Origin: a virus
Direction: 5' to 3' (one strand)
Virus record (IMG/VR): IMGVR_UViG_3300009163_000025
Location: 1 to 64,000 of that record
Length of the DNA stretch: 64,000 nt
Position numbers and translations under genes: made by a program. This document shows positions 9,570 to 19,248 of the stretch, in pieces (position 1 is the stretch's first letter; every line of letters begins with the position of its first letter). The notes beneath the pieces are model-generated. The model was not told the origin of the DNA and made no database searches. It saw nothing but the letters and a program-made list of their open reading frames with translations.

Positions 9570-10521
9570 TAAAATTAATCCACCGATAGGTTTCTTTCAG
9601 TCCTTCTTTCAGATTTTGGCTTGGGCGCCAATTTAATTTTTCTTCTATTAACTCATTATTACTGTTACGCCCACGCACACCTGTTGGACCATCAATGTGT
9701 TTCTTGCGAATTGTTTTACCTGCAATCTGTGCAACAAGATCAACTGTATCATTAATGCTAATCATTTGATCTGCACCAATGTTAACTGGACCGTGAAACG
9801 TTTCGCTATTCATCAAGTGTCTAACACCTTCAATGCAATCATCAATGTATAGAAAACTTCTAGTCTGTTCACCATCACCCCAAATTTCAATTTCATCGCC
9901 ATCATTTGCTTTTGCAATCTTTCTGCAAATGGCAGCCGGAAACTTCTCTTTACCTCCTTCCCATGTACCATATGGACCAAAGATATTATGAAATCTAGCA
10001 ACTTTGTTTTGCATACCATGTTGACGATTGTATGCGTGAAACAATCTTTCGGAGAATAACTTCTCCCATCCATATTCAGAATCGGGATGTGCTGGATATG
10101 CACTTGATTCTCTGCAATCAGGATTTACATTTGATGATTGTAGTTCTTCATTGTATACACATGCGCTACTGCTGAAGAATACTTTTTTGATCTGCATTTC
10201 TTTGCATCTATGAAGTACATTCAAATTAATTGTTGCGCTATTGTGCATTACATCTGCATCATATAAATTCGTATTGATATAACCTGCACCACCCATATCG
10301 GCAGCCAGTTGATATACTTCATCGAAATGTATATCATCGATAACTCTTCGCACATCAGATTGTGAAGTTAAATCTGCAAGTTGAAAATCATCTGCGTGAC
10401 TGTATTCATGTTCATGCAGTTTTTTATCTACGCCACGAACCCAATAGCCTTCTGATTTCAAACGCTTAACCATGTGACCGCCAATAAAGCCACCTGCGCC
10501 TAGTACTAATGCAGTTTTCAT
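9553..10521 (-). CDS. NAD-dependent epimerase, GDP-mannose 3,5-epimerase-like
   Basis: GAGGFIG, LAADMGGAGYI, SSSACVY, YGWEK, WGDGEQTRSF, GVRGRNS. Confidence 0.9.
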   Translation of the reverse strand: MKTALVLGAGGFIGGHMVKRLKSEGYWVRGVDKKLHEHEYSHADDFQLADLTSQSDVRRVIDDIHFDEVYQLAADMGGAGYINTNLYDADVMHNSATINLNVLHRCKEMQIKKVFFSSSACVYNEELQSSNVNPDCRESSAYPAHPDSEYGWEKLFSERLFHAYNRQHGMQNKVARFHNIFGPYGTWEGGKEKFPAAICRKIAKANDGDEIEIWGDGEQTRSFLYIDDCIEGVRHLMNSETFHGPVNIGADQMISINDTVDLVAQIAGKTIRKKHIDGPTGVRGRNSNNELIEEKLNWRPSQNLKEGLKETYRWINFNVRGK

Positions 10522-11444
10522 TTGTCTAGTAATCCTTCATACAATGTCAATAATTCATTTGGATTCCAAGCATCATAGAATTCTTGGAATGGTTCGATAC
10601 CACCAGCAACAATATCTTTAATTGATGTTTTTGTTAAATCATTAAACTCTTTACGTGTATGAGATAAGAACGTAGAATCATTAACACCAAAAGGTTTCTT
10701 TGATGCTAACGCACGATCTACTGATCCACTCACACCAGGAACGTTAGGTGTCTTATACCAATACAGATTAATGTCGTTTTGATTTAACCACGTAATCAAA
10801 TCTTTCTTATTAAAGAATTCTTGAGTCACATTAATTTGAACATTACTCTTAGCAAGTTTTCTACATGCACGTTCTAATGAATTTGAAAGCCCACCGCTTG
10901 GATCAACATAAGCACCATTTGCTAAGTGAAGATTTAAAATAACATCTTCGCTAAACTGTTCGTTTATTAAACCAATGATTTGTTCTAGATTTTTTGTTAC
11001 GTTACTGATACCGCTTGTGCCAATCTTTAATACACCATTAGGTTTTGAATATTGAATGTTATCGTAGTATGTGATTGGAGGAACGCCAGCGTATTCATCA
11101 CCTGATGTTTCTTTTCTAGGGTCAGTAAAGATATAAGAACTAACTCCAGTAAATTTATTAACATGTTCATGTCCAACAATTGCTAACTGTTTAATCTGCG
11201 TTAAATTTCCAATTGGTCTTGTTACACCATTGTTAAGCCAAGCCAACGTAGAAGGATGATGATTGTATATTACTGCATAGGGAGAAGTTTCGTTAACATA
11301 GTTATTGAAATGGTCACTTGAACCTGTTGCAAAAAATTCAAAATCATATCTCTTAGAAGTTTTAAGAATTTCAAATACTGAATCTGCATATTGAAATATG
11401 CCACATTCTTTAGTTGGTCCTGTGACCAAGATTACTTTTTTCAT
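10518..11444 (-). CDS. Glycosyltransferase-like protein (paralog of 8101-9084)
   Basis: ECGIFQY, IYNHHP.TL.W, GVSGSVDRALASKKP. Confidence 0.45.
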   Translation of the reverse strand: MKKVILVTGPTKECGIFQYADSVFEILKTSKRYDFEFFATGSSDHFNNYVNETSPYAVIYNHHPSTLAWLNNGVTRPIGNLTQIKQLAIVGHEHVNKFTGVSSYIFTDPRKETSGDEYAGVPPITYYDNIQYSKPNGVLKIGTSGISNVTKNLEQIIGLINEQFSEDVILNLHLANGAYVDPSGGLSNSLERACRKLAKSNVQINVTQEFFNKKDLITWLNQNDINLYWYKTPNVPGVSGSVDRALASKKPFGVNDSTFLSHTRKEFNDLTKTSIKDIVAGGIEPFQEFYDAWNPNELLTLYEGLLDK

Positions 11445-12361
11445 AATATTTGTTTAGTTGGTTTTCTATTAGATATGTATGTGGGTTTCAAGATCAAATC
11501 TGATATGATTCTAATTGCAACTTGATCGTCTATTGTATCACTAAAATATGAGTTTGTCAAATACTCACCTTCACCCATCAAGCAATCACGCATCTTATGG
11601 CTAAAGCACATGAAGGTTTGTTCTGGATTGTTCATGTTTGTTTTAGTGTGTGCATATGTGAATGGACCACTATTCTTGCCAACAATAAGTTTAGCAAATT
11701 GACTGATGTATCCAATCTGATTTAGATTGCCTGTTGGAGCACCAAAAATACTATCGGTACAGATTAAATTATTTTTAGTGATTCCAATGTCATGTGTGAT
11801 TAAAAATGCGTAGTCTGGAAAACTAGATGATAGCGAATCAATGATATTTTTCATATCACCCATGCTACTCTGTTCGCTTTGCTGAACACCATTACAAATG
11901 AGAATTAAATTCTTTGGAACAATTGTTCTCAGATATGAGTCACATTCACTCAAATCAAAACGATACCAATCAATCTTTGGTAGATAGAAGAAGTAATCAC
12001 CCCTCATTTCAAGTTCTAATGCATTGAAAATTTCTTTCCACATCGTATGAAGACAATGAAAATTAGCATGATCTTTTTCTGCTAAGTGTTTACCAATCCA
12101 ACAACCAACCCAAGTATTGATGTACAACGTATTAGGTTCATTCTGTGAAACTGCTAAAGGCACAAAGGTGCCAATAGCAGGAATCTCGTTAAGTGTTACG
12201 TGCTTACAATTTAAATCCGAAACAATGTTCGGATGATTGTTGTGTGCATATAAGAATTCAACATTAGGGAAACGGCTAATGATATCACGAACATATTCTT
12301 TGTTTATGAAACAGTCGCCGTTTCTCCATTGATTGAAGAAAATGATCTTAGTGAAATTCAT
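11441..12361 (-). CDS. Hypothetical protein, possible GT9-like glycosyltransferase
   Basis: N-terminal NGD and C-terminal IVGKNSGP resemble GT9 motifs (GD, GxDSGP). Confidence 0.4.
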   Translation of the reverse strand: MNFTKIIFFNQWRNGDCFINKEYVRDIISRFPNVEFLYAHNNHPNIVSDLNCKHVTLNEIPAIGTFVPLAVSQNEPNTLYINTWVGCWIGKHLAEKDHANFHCLHTMWKEIFNALELEMRGDYFFYLPKIDWYRFDLSECDSYLRTIVPKNLILICNGVQQSEQSSMGDMKNIIDSLSSSFPDYAFLITHDIGITKNNLICTDSIFGAPTGNLNQIGYISQFAKLIVGKNSGPFTYAHTKTNMNNPEQTFMCFSHKMRDCLMGEGEYLTNSYFSDTIDDQVAIRIISDLILKPTYISNRKPTKQIL

Positions 12362-13581
12362 TTCGAAATAATTTCAAAGATTGGACATGGAACAATGAAT
12401 GAACCGCCCGCATCTAAGAATGCTTTTTCTCTTGTTTGAAATTCGCTAATGAAGTGCCATGGAAGAACCAAAGCATAATCAGGATTTGCTTTACGCATTT
12501 CTTCTTCGCTGATAATTGGAATGTTTGTTCCAATTGTTTTGTAACCAAACTTGTAAGGGCTACGTTCTGCAATAGCATCAATGTGAGTACCATCTAAACC
12601 AAAGTACTGTAGCAAAGTATTGCCTTTAGTGCTTGCGCCATAACCATAAACACTTTTACCTGAAGATTTTGCTTCTTCAATGAATGTAAGAACATCATTC
12701 TTCAAATCGTCAAGTCGAACTTTGAATGCATCCCAAATCAAAGGATTTGAAATATCGATAACAGTATTTTCATATTCAAGAATACTATTCACACGATAGT
12801 CGCACACATCACGCAATGGGGATGTACCAAAACTCGCAACGTTTGCTGTATATTTTTGGAAGTAAACTCTGAAACTACCACCATTCGTATCATTCAAACT
12901 GCAATCAACAAGATTGAATCCATGCTGAGAAAACAACTTACTGATACTCTTTAAATCATAATAGTAAACGTGTTCGTGACAGATATTATCAAATGCCAAT
13001 TGATTAATCATCAAAGGTGTGTAACTCATTTGCAAAACAGCAATCCCGTCATCATCAAGAATATCATACATGTCTTGTACGAATGGATGTGGATTGTCTA
13101 AGTCATAAAACATTGCAATGCAAGTGATGACCTTTGCTTTTTTATCTGCAAACTTTGTTTTCTTCCATGCATCTTTGCTAAAGTAATCTTGTACGACAGT
13201 AGCAACTTTACTGCTTTCTGCATAGAACGAATCATCGCACGGATCAATACCAACTTTATTAATATTGTCTGGTACTGCTTTCAATAGAGTACCATCGTTA
13301 CATGCAATGTCAAGCCAAATGTCATCATCTTTCAACTTAACTCTGGATGTGATTTCTTTAACAATGCCTTGAAGTTCAAGTGTCATGCTAGTATTGATTG
13401 CGCTACGATACCAATACTTACCCCACATTGTGGATGCTGGTGCAACATCTTTCAATCGTGGTGCGCCCAACTCTTCGTCAAGATACAAATCAAGACTGTA
13501 CTTTTTACGTCCAGCCATTTCGCTATCATCTTTAATAAAATCGCTTACGTAGTGATCGCCAAGTTCAAGTAGTTTTTTCAT
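12358..13581 (-). CDS. NDP-hexose C-methyltransferase
   Basis: DIACNDGTLL, FDNICHEH..YY, NGGSFR, YGASTKGNTLLQ, LPWHF. Confidence 0.9.
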   Translation of the reverse strand: MKKLLELGDHYVSDFIKDDSEMAGRKKYSLDLYLDEELGAPRLKDVAPASTMWGKYWYRSAINTSMTLELQGIVKEITSRVKLKDDDIWLDIACNDGTLLKAVPDNINKVGIDPCDDSFYAESSKVATVVQDYFSKDAWKKTKFADKKAKVITCIAMFYDLDNPHPFVQDMYDILDDDGIAVLQMSYTPLMINQLAFDNICHEHVYYYDLKSISKLFSQHGFNLVDCSLNDTNGGSFRVYFQKYTANVASFGTSPLRDVCDYRVNSILEYENTVIDISNPLIWDAFKVRLDDLKNDVLTFIEEAKSSGKSVYGYGASTKGNTLLQYFGLDGTHIDAIAERSPYKFGYKTIGTNIPIISEEEMRKANPDYALVLPWHFISEFQTREKAFLDAGGSFIVPCPIFEIISK

Positions 13582-13582
13582 A

Positions 13583-13960
13583 TTATTCCTCATGAGATTT
13601 TTCTTCAACCAATTCCGAATTGCAAAGAATGTTTATTTCTTTTTTGATTCGGCTTCGTTCATCGTTTGTTTTATAAATTTTTCTTGCAGTATCAATAAAA
13701 GGTTCTTTGAAATTTAATTCTTTTTCATATCGCCTAATATCTTCTTCAAGATGCCACAATGCATAGTTCACCTTCAACAAATCTTGATATTGATTTAAAA
13801 TTTGACTGTAGTAATGTATATATTCGGGTAAAGAAGTAAGAACGTCATATTCTTTTTGAACGTTCTTTAATTTAGATGCATCCTTAATCTCAAGTGTCTT
13901 GATTTTAAGAATGGTAATTTTGTCTATAAGTTCGCCAATGCTTGCTGGTATGAATATCAT
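13583..13960 (-). CDS. DUF6165-like protein
   Basis: S.GELIDKITILKIK...LW..EEDIR...ND.R..IK..IN....S.L.EEKS. Confidence 0.75.
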   Translation of the reverse strand: MIFIPASIGELIDKITILKIKTLEIKDASKLKNVQKEYDVLTSLPEYIHYYSQILNQYQDLLKVNYALWHLEEDIRRYEKELNFKEPFIDTARKIYKTNDERSRIKKEINILCNSELVEEKSHEE

Positions 13961-14838
13961 TTTCTTTCAATGTCCTCTTCAATGCAATTTTCGCCATATT
14001 GAATTTCAATAACCCTCAACGGCTCATCTGTTTCATTGCAAAGTTTGTGCCATTGTTCTTTACTAATATGTAGACTGTCAAATTTATTGTAAGTCCCAAC
14101 TAAGTCCATATCTGTGCCAGCATTTAGTGTGTATACTGTAGCGGTACCTTCAGCAACAAACCAATGTTCTGCACGATCTTTATGTCGTTGCATACTCAAA
14201 CAAGTTTTAGCACCAACAGTCAATTCTTTAACTTTGATTTCTTTACCTTGTTCATGTAGCACTCTGTAGTAACCCCATGCTCTGCTAGTCTTAGGTGCTT
14301 TCCACTCTTCAAGAATCCATGAAGATGAATTCATTTTGTTATCACCACCAACAGAGAATACAAATTCTAAATTTTCTTTGTATCGTATATCATCAAGCAA
14401 ACTCATTTCAGGAATGTTTTCTGCTGTTCGATCTCCACCATTTGCAAAAATAATCTTTGCACCAGGAAATGTTTGAGTCGCTTGCTTGATTGCATTGATA
14501 GAATTGTTTTCGTCATCATTAAATTCGATAACGTAATCTACCATTTCTAAATTCTTAATCAACTGAAAACGTTCATCCCAAGTATAGAACGAACGTCCTT
14601 TTTTTCTTTTCAACCAAGAATCAGAATTGATACCAACAACAAGTGTATCACCCAATGCTTTAGCCGCTTTGAAGTATGCAAGATGCCCTGAGTGAAGTGG
14701 ATCAAATCCACCTGTCACTAGAACAACTTTTTTCTCAGCAGATTTAACTAAGACTCTGAAGTTTGGCGGTGTACCAAAGTCTCTAGCATAAACTGTTTTA
14801 CCGCCATCAGGACTTTCGTAAATTTTACGTGTTTCCAT
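13957..14838 (-). CDS. Cytidylyltransferase-like nucleotidyltransferase fused to mannose-6-phosphate isomerase type II cupin
   Basis: TGGFDPLHSGH (HxGH), FANGGDR; C-terminal R.WGYY, LSMQRH..RAEHW, IEIQYG..C.EEDIER. Confidence 0.88.
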   Translation of the reverse strand: METRKIYESPDGGKTVYARDFGTPPNFRVLVKSAEKKVVLVTGGFDPLHSGHLAYFKAAKALGDTLVVGINSDSWLKRKKGRSFYTWDERFQLIKNLEMVDYVIEFNDDENNSINAIKQATQTFPGAKIIFANGGDRTAENIPEMSLLDDIRYKENLEFVFSVGGDNKMNSSSWILEEWKAPKTSRAWGYYRVLHEQGKEIKVKELTVGAKTCLSMQRHKDRAEHWFVAEGTATVYTLNAGTDMDLVGTYNKFDSLHISKEQWHKLCNETDEPLRVIEIQYGENCIEEDIERK

Positions 14839-15856
14839 TTTGTTGAATCCTCATTTCACTTTCGCACATATCAAACACCAAGTCTTTGAATGTATACTCT
14901 GGTGTCCAACCCAAAACAGTTTTTGCTTTAGTGCAATCACCAAAGATCGTTGGCACTTCTGCTGGACGATAAAAGTCTTTGTTCACTTTGATGATAGTCT
15001 TACCCGTAGACTTATTGATGCCGACTTCATCTAAACCTTCACCACGCCATTCAATTTCAAATCCAAGATATGTCGCAACATCATTACAGAAGTCTTTTAC
15101 TGAATGCTCTTCACCACTAGAGATTGCATAGTCATCTGGTTTGTCTTGTTGCAGAATCAACCACATCGCACGAACGTAATCTTTAGCATGTCCCCAATCA
15201 CGCCTTGCTGTTAGATTTCCTAGTTCTAGAATATCTTGCAAACCGAGATGAGTGCGAATCATACCTAGTACAATTTTACGTGTAACAAATTCAGGACCTC
15301 TACGTGGGCTTTCGTGATTAAACAAAATACCATTGCATGAGAATAGATTAAAACTTTCACGATAGTTTACTGTGATCCAATAACCATACATCTTAGCAAC
15401 AGCATAAGGTGAACGTGGATAGAATGGAGTGTTTTCTGTTTGTGGAGTTTCTTTTACCTTACCATACAACTCACTAGTTGATGCTTGATAAAATTTGACT
15501 TGCTTTTCTTTGGCCAATCGTTTGACTGCTTCAAGCAATTTGAGTACGCCAAGAGCATTAACATCACCCGTATATGTTGGGCAATCATAACTTACGCTAA
15601 CGTGGCTTTGTGCGCCTAAGTTATAAACTTCATCTGGTCGCACTTTGATAACAATACTTTCAAGATTAGCCGCATCTGTTAGATCGCTATAGTGAAATGT
15701 AATTCGATGTTTGATATGGTTGATGTTTGCAGTATTGTTTCCTGTACTTGATCGGCGTACAAGACCATGCACATCATAACCTTTTTCAAGTAGAAGTTCT
15801 GCTAGGTAACTTCCATCTTGTCCTGTAATACCCGTAATCAAGGCAGTTTTTTGCAT
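14825..15856 (-). CDS. gmd: GDP-mannose 4,6-dehydratase
   Basis: ITGITGQDGSYLAE, YQASTSELYG, PRSPYAVAK, RDWGHAKDYV. Confidence 0.97.
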   Translation of the reverse strand: MQKTALITGITGQDGSYLAELLLEKGYDVHGLVRRSSTGNNTANINHIKHRITFHYSDLTDAANLESIVIKVRPDEVYNLGAQSHVSVSYDCPTYTGDVNALGVLKLLEAVKRLAKEKQVKFYQASTSELYGKVKETPQTENTPFYPRSPYAVAKMYGYWITVNYRESFNLFSCNGILFNHESPRRGPEFVTRKIVLGMIRTHLGLQDILELGNLTARRDWGHAKDYVRAMWLILQQDKPDDYAISSGEEHSVKDFCNDVATYLGFEIEWRGEGLDEVGINKSTGKTIIKVNKDFYRPAEVPTIFGDCTKAKTVLGWTPEYTFKDLVFDMCESEMRIQQNGNT

Positions 15857-15884
15857 ATTGTATTCATCCTATTTTATTGTGAAA

Positions 15885-16215
15885 TTAGTGACAGGTTATT
15901 CTGTTACGAGGAAACCTGTCGAAACCCTAAGCCGAGTTTAGGCGGCTAATGCGAAACGTGAGTCGTTTGCGTTTACTTTTTTTGCTTGATTAACGGTCAT
16001 CGCCTACCGTGCTGTCCACTCTGTTACTTGTTGCCCTGTCGAATCTAGATCAAGCCCATCATAAAAAGAATAAAAAAAACCAAAATAATAATACTCACTA
16101 CCCCGCAGGTATATTGGTATTTTACTTCAGGATCCATATAGTCTCCTTATGGTGGACTTGGGGGGATTCGCACCCCCGTCCAGGTCACTTTTCTCTTTGC
16201 TTCATACAGCAATAA
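15885..16215 (-). ncRNA. ssrA: Two-piece (circularly permuted) tmRNA, tag ANDSRFALAA
   Basis: Acceptor piece ends ...GGGGGTGCGAATCCCCCCAAGTCCACCA at 16150; coding piece starts GGGCTTGATCTAGATTCGAC at 16057; acceptor stem GGGCTTG/CAAGTCC has the G3:U70 Ala identity pair; tag ORF 15970-15938; outer ends approximate. Confidence 0.92.
16045..16137 (-). CDS. 30-aa single-TM peptide in the tmRNA intervening segment
   Basis: AGGAG SD 5 nt before ATG; MDPEVKYQYTCGVVSIIILVFFILFMMGLI*. Confidence 0.55.
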   Translation of the reverse strand: MDPEVKYQYTCGVVSIIILVFFILFMMGLI

Positions 16216-16216
16216 C

Positions 16217-16420
16217 TTACTCTCTACCCCATTTGATTTTCAACCAAATTCGTTCATGTATATAGTAGTCAACACTTAGCATAATATGCAATGCAGTTGC
16301 AAATCCAGTAGCATTACCTATATCACCGGTAAACAAATAAGTCCAAAAAATTGTAAACGCCCATGCAGTAACACGATATGTTAACATTCTCACTACGGTT
16401 CTTTTCTTTGTTTCAATCAT
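16217..16420 (-). CDS. DUF2061-like small membrane protein
   Basis: ET.KRT......YR....YY.HERIW.KI.WG pattern. Confidence 0.75.
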   Translation of the reverse strand: MIETKKRTVVRMLTYRVTAWAFTIFWTYLFTGDIGNATGFATALHIMLSVDYYIHERIWLKIKWGRE

Positions 16421-16448
16421 TATATCATTCTTTAATAAATTTTGCAAG

Positions 16449-17117
16449 TTATTCGTTCAAAAGTTCTTCATATGTTTCACGATAAACAATAAAATCTTTA
16501 ATGTAGTCATTGCGTTTTTTGATGAACACTTGTGGATGTTCGGAATCAACGGCAATCATAATTACAATTTGTGGCACTGGTATACCAGTTCGTTCTTCGT
16601 ACATAACTGCATAGGCAGAACATTGCATGAAGTATCCTTTAATCCAACTCTCTTCTTTTAACTTGCTTGAAGTCTTGAAATCGATTATGGATAACTTGCC
16701 ATCATATTCTGCAATACAGTCAACTCTACCAGCAACTTTTAGATGATGGGAATACAAAGGAATCTCTAGTGCATGAATGTTGTTCACATGTTCATCTAAT
16801 AGAGGTTGTATAGACTTGAACATAACAACAGAATCTGGCATCGTCTTACGTGCGTAGTCTTCTTCGTTGTTCAAATAGTTTTCGCAAATCTTGTGTACTC
16901 TAGTTCCACGGCTGGATGCTTTAGTTGAAATACGATTTGCTTCTTCCTCACCCACACGTTTTCTCCATTCAAGGATTTTATCTTTGCCGTGTTGCGAGGT
17001 AATAGTAGTCACAGAGGGATATAACAATCCCTCTGGAGTTTTGTAAAATCTTTTGCCGTTTACTGTTTCAGTTTCAAGATCATAATCAATGTCACATCCA
17101 ATATGTTTAAAGTTCAC
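16449..17117 (-). CDS. PD-(D/E)XK exonuclease (phage Cas4-like/exonuclease A)
   Basis: YPSVTT, RGTRVH, AGRVDCI, IIDFKTS, QCSAYA. Confidence 0.9.
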   Translation of the reverse strand: MNFKHIGCDIDYDLETETVNGKRFYKTPEGLLYPSVTTITSQHGKDKILEWRKRVGEEEANRISTKASSRGTRVHKICENYLNNEEDYARKTMPDSVVMFKSIQPLLDEHVNNIHALEIPLYSHHLKVAGRVDCIAEYDGKLSIIDFKTSSKLKEESWIKGYFMQCSAYAVMYEERTGIPVPQIVIMIAVDSEHPQVFIKKRNDYIKDFIVYRETYEELLNE

Positions 17118-17147
17118 TTTGCATAATCCTGTAGTTATAATGATATT

Positions 17148-17936
17148 TTATTTAGCATTCCAACTAGCCGCCTCCACCCCATCTTCATACTGTAACTTGG
17201 CAAGAATGTAATCTTTTACTAATGAGGAACGAACGATATCGTCCACGGTAAATTCAATCTTTGTAAATGCATTCATGTGATATGCAATGTCAAAGAATTT
17301 AAGAATACCCGACACATCATTTTTCTTTTTGGTCAAGTCTGTTTGGCGATAATCACCACACCAAATAATTTTAGAACGATAACCAACCCGTGTCATAACG
17401 GTGTCAATTTCTTCATACGTCATGTTTTGCATTTCATCCACAATGATGATAGCATCATCGAATGACATACCACGAATGAATGATGTTGAAATGAATTCAA
17501 TATGACCTTGTTCTTCTAATCTATCCCATGCATCTTTGCGACCAAATAATGTTTCGCAGATTTGACGATATGGTTGTTGATAGATTTCCATTTTCTCATT
17601 TACGTCACCTGGCAAATGTCCAATTTCTCGGCTTTGAACAGCAGAACGTACTATGATAATTTTGTTGAATGGATTAGATTTATCCATCACTTCTTCGATT
17701 GCTTTATACAATGCACAGAATGTTTTGCCTGTACCTGCAACGCCATGTAGTGCTACAAAATAGTCACCACGTTTGTATGCTTCGAAAAAGAGTTTTTGGT
17801 TTTCTGTTAACGGATCAAAAGTTTTTAAATCATCTAGTCTGAGTCTGAGTGTGTTATTAACTGCTTTGAGTTTTGGGATTGCGGAAAGTTCTGGTTCGGT
17901 GTTAGCAGTTCTGACTGCGGCAGATTTTCTTGCCAT
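17148..17936 (-). CDS. phoH: PhoH-like ATPase
   Basis: GVAGTGKT Walker A, IGHLPG..EK, FIRGMSF, IVDEMQN, GD..Q.D. Confidence 0.95.
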   Translation of the reverse strand: MARKSAAVRTANTEPELSAIPKLKAVNNTLRLRLDDLKTFDPLTENQKLFFEAYKRGDYFVALHGVAGTGKTFCALYKAIEEVMDKSNPFNKIIIVRSAVQSREIGHLPGDVNEKMEIYQQPYRQICETLFGRKDAWDRLEEQGHIEFISTSFIRGMSFDDAIIIVDEMQNMTYEEIDTVMTRVGYRSKIIWCGDYRQTDLTKKKNDVSGILKFFDIAYHMNAFTKIEFTVDDIVRSSLVKDYILAKLQYEDGVEAASWNAK

Positions 17937-17973
17937 GGGTGCCCTTTTACTTGTAGTATGATGTAACCCCATA

Positions 17974-18210
17974 TTAGAATGTATTAACATCACCTTTAGG
18001 ATGAGCCGCCTTTGCCTTCGCAAGGACTTCTCTAAATCCGTTGTCTGGCTTTCGGATGCCTAACCTAATAGGATCACCTAATGATGGAGCGCCTAGCATA
18101 ACAGATTCATATTGAGGATTCTGTTCAAGGAATTCCTCTCTATCAGCAATTTTAAAAAGTTTCTCAATTATCTCGCCAGTCTCACGGTGGCGAAAGTTGT
18201 ATGTTGGCAT
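17974..18210 (-). CDS. Conserved T4-like hypothetical protein
   Basis: MPTYNF....TGE, KPD.GF.EVL pattern commonly found next to phoH. Confidence 0.7.
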   Translation of the reverse strand: MPTYNFRHRETGEIIEKLFKIADREEFLEQNPQYESVMLGAPSLGDPIRLGIRKPDNGFREVLAKAKAAHPKGDVNTF

Positions 18211-18757
18211 GTTTTGTTCCTTCTTCGAACCAAGAAGGCATTTGTCTTTTGGTCCATTTTGCAAATCTTACTTTATCATGTATATAGTAATTGTGGTATG
18301 ATGTGACCGAATCATTTCTCACTTTATACTCATCAGGCATTGCTGGAGTCGGTTCAGTAAAAATTCCTTTAGGAATATTTATAGGATACAAGTAAAGTGC
18401 GCCCATTAATTTTTCACATGCATGTCTCTTACCATATCTATATGTATACTCTTGCAAAAGATAAAACCACATGCGATAAAGCCAACGATAATTTTCTTTC
18501 GATTGTCTTACCCAAATATTAGATGGATGATTAATGTGGCTTGCTTTATACAAAGTCTTTTCGGACAATTCATCTTTCATGCGCCAACGTTGAATGTTAC
18601 GATTATTGGCAGTCTTATCGGTATATTGTTCGCCATCAAGCATACGGTGTGCGGTTGACATGAGTTGTGCATACTCAATGATCATTTTGACAACGTGTTT
18701 ATCTAAGTGCATTTTAGCGCACGTAGACGGATCAGGATCAAGATAAAAGATATTCAT
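18182..18757 (-). CDS. Pyrimidine-dimer DNA glycosylase/DenV-like protein
   Basis: MNIFYLD..P..CA..H.DKHVVKMI.E.AQL, H.NHPS..W. Confidence 0.75.
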   Translation of the reverse strand: MNIFYLDPDPSTCAKMHLDKHVVKMIIEYAQLMSTAHRMLDGEQYTDKTANNRNIQRWRMKDELSEKTLYKASHINHPSNIWVRQSKENYRWLYRMWFYLLQEYTYRYGKRHACEKLMGALYLYPINIPKGIFTEPTPAMPDEYKVRNDSVTSYHNYYIHDKVRFAKWTKRQMPSWFEEGTKHANIQLSPP

Positions 18758-19248
18758 TTATTTGGACAGTAATAATTTAATTTACGAATTGTTTCATCTA
18801 CGTCTTTATGTAGAATTGAAATGCCGCCTGCTTTATAGAAGCCTGCGGCAACATCTTCAGTATCATCAATTAAAATTGTAGATGCATTTGCGTATGCAGA
18901 TTTCAACGCACGACCAGGAACAGTATTCACTTTATAGGGAATGCCACGTTCACATAACCACATAGTCTTTTGCATTGTCACTTCAGCATGGTATTTATTT
19001 CCACCGCTAGAAGATAGAATTTCAATTGTCACATTTGGAATTGATTCTACAAACTGTAAGAGTTTATGTGCGCCTTCTTGCCAATCTAAACTAGCAAAAT
19101 TTTTACCTTCAATAAATTGTGTCCAATTGGAAGAGAATTCTTTTCTGTCTCTAGATGTTCCTGGAGTTTCGTTAAAGAGTTCAATGTATCGCTTTTCAAA
19201 CGAACAAAGAACACCATCCATATCTAGGTAAATTGTTTCTATAGCCAT
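18754..19248 (-). CDS. HAD-family 5'(3')-deoxyribonucleotidase-like protein
   Basis: YLDMDGVL motif I, ILIDD motif IV. Confidence 0.85.
   Translation of the reverse strand: MAIETIYLDMDGVLCSFEKRYIELFNETPGTSRDRKEFSSNWTQFIEGKNFASLDWQEGAHKLLQFVESIPNVTIEILSSSGGNKYHAEVTMQKTMWLCERGIPYKVNTVPGRALKSAYANASTILIDDTEDVAAGFYKAGGISILHKDVDETIRKLNYYCPNK

Noticed and set aside
16009-16215. 68-aa plus-strand ORF over the tmRNA
   Set aside because: It is antisense to the tmRNA and to the SD-bearing micropeptide ORF, with no supporting signals.
16449-17117. Cas4-like nuclease as a sign of a CRISPR system
   Set aside because: No repeat-spacer array or other cas gene was seen; this exonuclease is a usual neighbour of phoH in T4-like phages.
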